Below, piece after piece: positions 62,905-64,000 of a stretch of DNA of 64,000 nucleotides. The first letter of the stretch is position 1. Each line of letters opens with the position of its first letter. The DNA lies in assembly GCA_041651395.1 (NCBI GenBank), contig JBAZJI010000001.1, forward strand, positions 763,920 through 827,919, given 5' to 3'. The notes beneath the pieces were generated by a model, which saw only the letters and a list, made by a program, of their open reading frames with translations, did no database searches and was not told where the DNA came from. A program made the position numbers and the translations under genes. The DNA is from Minisyncoccota bacterium. GTDB lineage: Bacteria > Patescibacteriota > Minisyncoccia > Minisyncoccales > JAGOPM01.

Positions 62905-64000
62905 TGATTTTTCTTGATTATTTCTTGAGTGGATGTAGCGGGAATAACAGGAATATTTCTGTGCATAGCCTTCAAAACTTCAGGATTGCCCGGGTTCAAA
63001 TCCAGAACATGCTTAAAATATTCATCAGCCTTAGTTTGGTTTCCCCTTTGCTGATAGATCTCACCCAAAAGGAATAAGGAATCAGAATGATTTGGGTAGC
63101 CAGAAATTATAGCTTCAAAAATTGACTGCGCCTTTGCAAAATTCTTTTGCCGAAAATAAAGACGACCGAGCTGAAAAAGATTGTCCGGGTCACTTTGCGG
63201 ATAGAGCGCATAAGCTCCTTCCAATAAAACTACGGCCTCCGAGAGCTTATCTTGCTTTTCTAAAATCAAAACTTGCTCGATAGTTGCCGGAATATAATCG
63301 GACTTTAGCTGCAGGGCAAGCGCGACAGAGCTTTGCGCCTCTTCAGTAGCGCCGGCAGAAAAATATAGTTTTCCAAGTTCGGTTAAAATAATCGGATCGT
63401 TAGGGTCTAAAGCCTGAGCCCTCTTTAGCAACTCGATAGCCCCATTCAGAGTACTGGGTTCAAATGGTGCCAACTCTCGATAAAAAGCCGCTTTGGTTTC
63501 CCATACCGCCACTCTATTGGGAAACATTTTTGTGCTAGAGGAAAGCAAATTATCAACCTGAATTACTTTTTCCCCGAAAACTTTAATTTCTTTTTTAATG
63601 TCATTGGATTTGGCAAAATCAAGCAGTTCAGCAAAAGAAAGACGGGCGTAATCCTGCTGATACGATTCGCTATATGGATTTAAGCTGCTCGCCTTGGCCA
63701 GCGTATCCTTGGCCAGAGCCCGATCGCCAGAAATTATTGCCTGATAGTAAAGCAGATCCGCTTGGAAAAACTGAAAACCGATAAATGCCGTATACAAAAA
63801 TAAAATGGAAAACAAAATTGCGCCGACGCCAAGCCATTTATAAGAGATGACTATAAGTTTTTTGTCCTGCCCGCCAAAACAACCGGCAATCAGTCCCAAA
63901 GAAATCCAAAACATTAAAAGAAGCCAAACGCTTTGATGATAGAAAAAAAATGCAACCAAAATCCCGCCTAAAAATGGAAATATCCAATCTGCCTCCGGAG
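62901..64000 (-). CDS. TPR-repeat membrane protein; 5' end lies beyond the window (possibly an O-antigen-ligase-like N-domain)
   Basis: The ORF-track start at 63959 is a TTG. The same frame stays open to base 64000 (..PEADWIFPFLGGILVAFFFY..). The C-terminal half has multiple TPR motifs. ATGA overlap with pilC. Confidence 0.7.
   Translation of the reverse strand, partial: PEADWIFPFLGGILVAFFFYHQSVWLLLMFWISLGLIAGCFGGQDKKLIVISYKWLGVGAILFSILFLYTAFIGFQFFQADLLYYQAIISGDRALAKDTLAKASSLNPYSESYQQDYARLSFAELLDFAKSNDIKKEIKVFGEKVIQVDNLLSSSTKMFPNRVAVWETKAAFYRELAPFEPSTLNGAIELLKRAQALDPNDPIILTELGKLYFSAGATEEAQSSVALALQLKSDYIPATIEQVLILEKQDKLSEAVVLLEGAYALYPQSDPDNLFQLGRLYFRQKNFAKAQSIFEAIISGYPNHSDSLFLLGEIYQQRGNQTKADEYFKHVLDLNPGNPEVLKAMHRNIPVIPATSTQEIIKKNQ

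Noticed and set aside
1-64000. Alternative genetic code (UGA recoding, as in some CPR lineages).
   Set aside because: Conserved proteins are full-length under the standard code, and several well-supported genes terminate at TGA, for example at 708-710. No in-frame TGA interruptions are needed.

Overview
This 64-kb window is a gene-dense bacterial chromosome segment that uses the standard genetic code. TGA works as a stop codon, for example at 708-710. I call about 85 CDS and 17 tRNA genes.

The gene content points to a Patescibacteria/CPR-like organism, which is an inference. It has a minimal housekeeping set, a short IF-2, nucleoside salvage enzymes, T4SS-pilin-like mini-proteins, a type IV pilus locus with giant pseudopilins, DUF2779, and no large biosynthetic operons.

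Recognisable blocks:
- An ECF sigma / MacAB-type efflux operon (2.6-8.3 kb).
- An archaeal-type arginine decarboxylase / agmatinase / deoxyhypusine-synthase-like cluster (9.9-12.4 kb).
- Repair helicases (UvrD-like, RecG), gyrA, ftsH, infB-rbfA, rplS, tsaD, ahcY and coaD.
- A type IV pilus locus split in two: minor pilins at 53.5-57.3 kb and pilMNO-pilC at 59.1-62.9 kb.

The most unusual signal is non-coding. At least six tRNA genes are followed, 35-70 nt downstream, by an inverted copy of their own T-loop/T-stem. Three of them (Gly, Ser-CGA, His) are then followed by hairpin-rich spacers that end in a direct duplicate of the tRNA 3' end. No integrase is present in the window.

Other items worth a second look:
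- A duplicated terminator module with a GC-rich core between an RRM protein gene and ahcY.
- A 43-nt tandem repeat upstream of a SemiSWEET gene.
- A pair of uncharacterised paralogs flanking tRNA-Arg(GCG).
- A tRNA-Ile with a UAU anticodon.

All calls come from reading the sequence and the ORF translations. No database searches were run.
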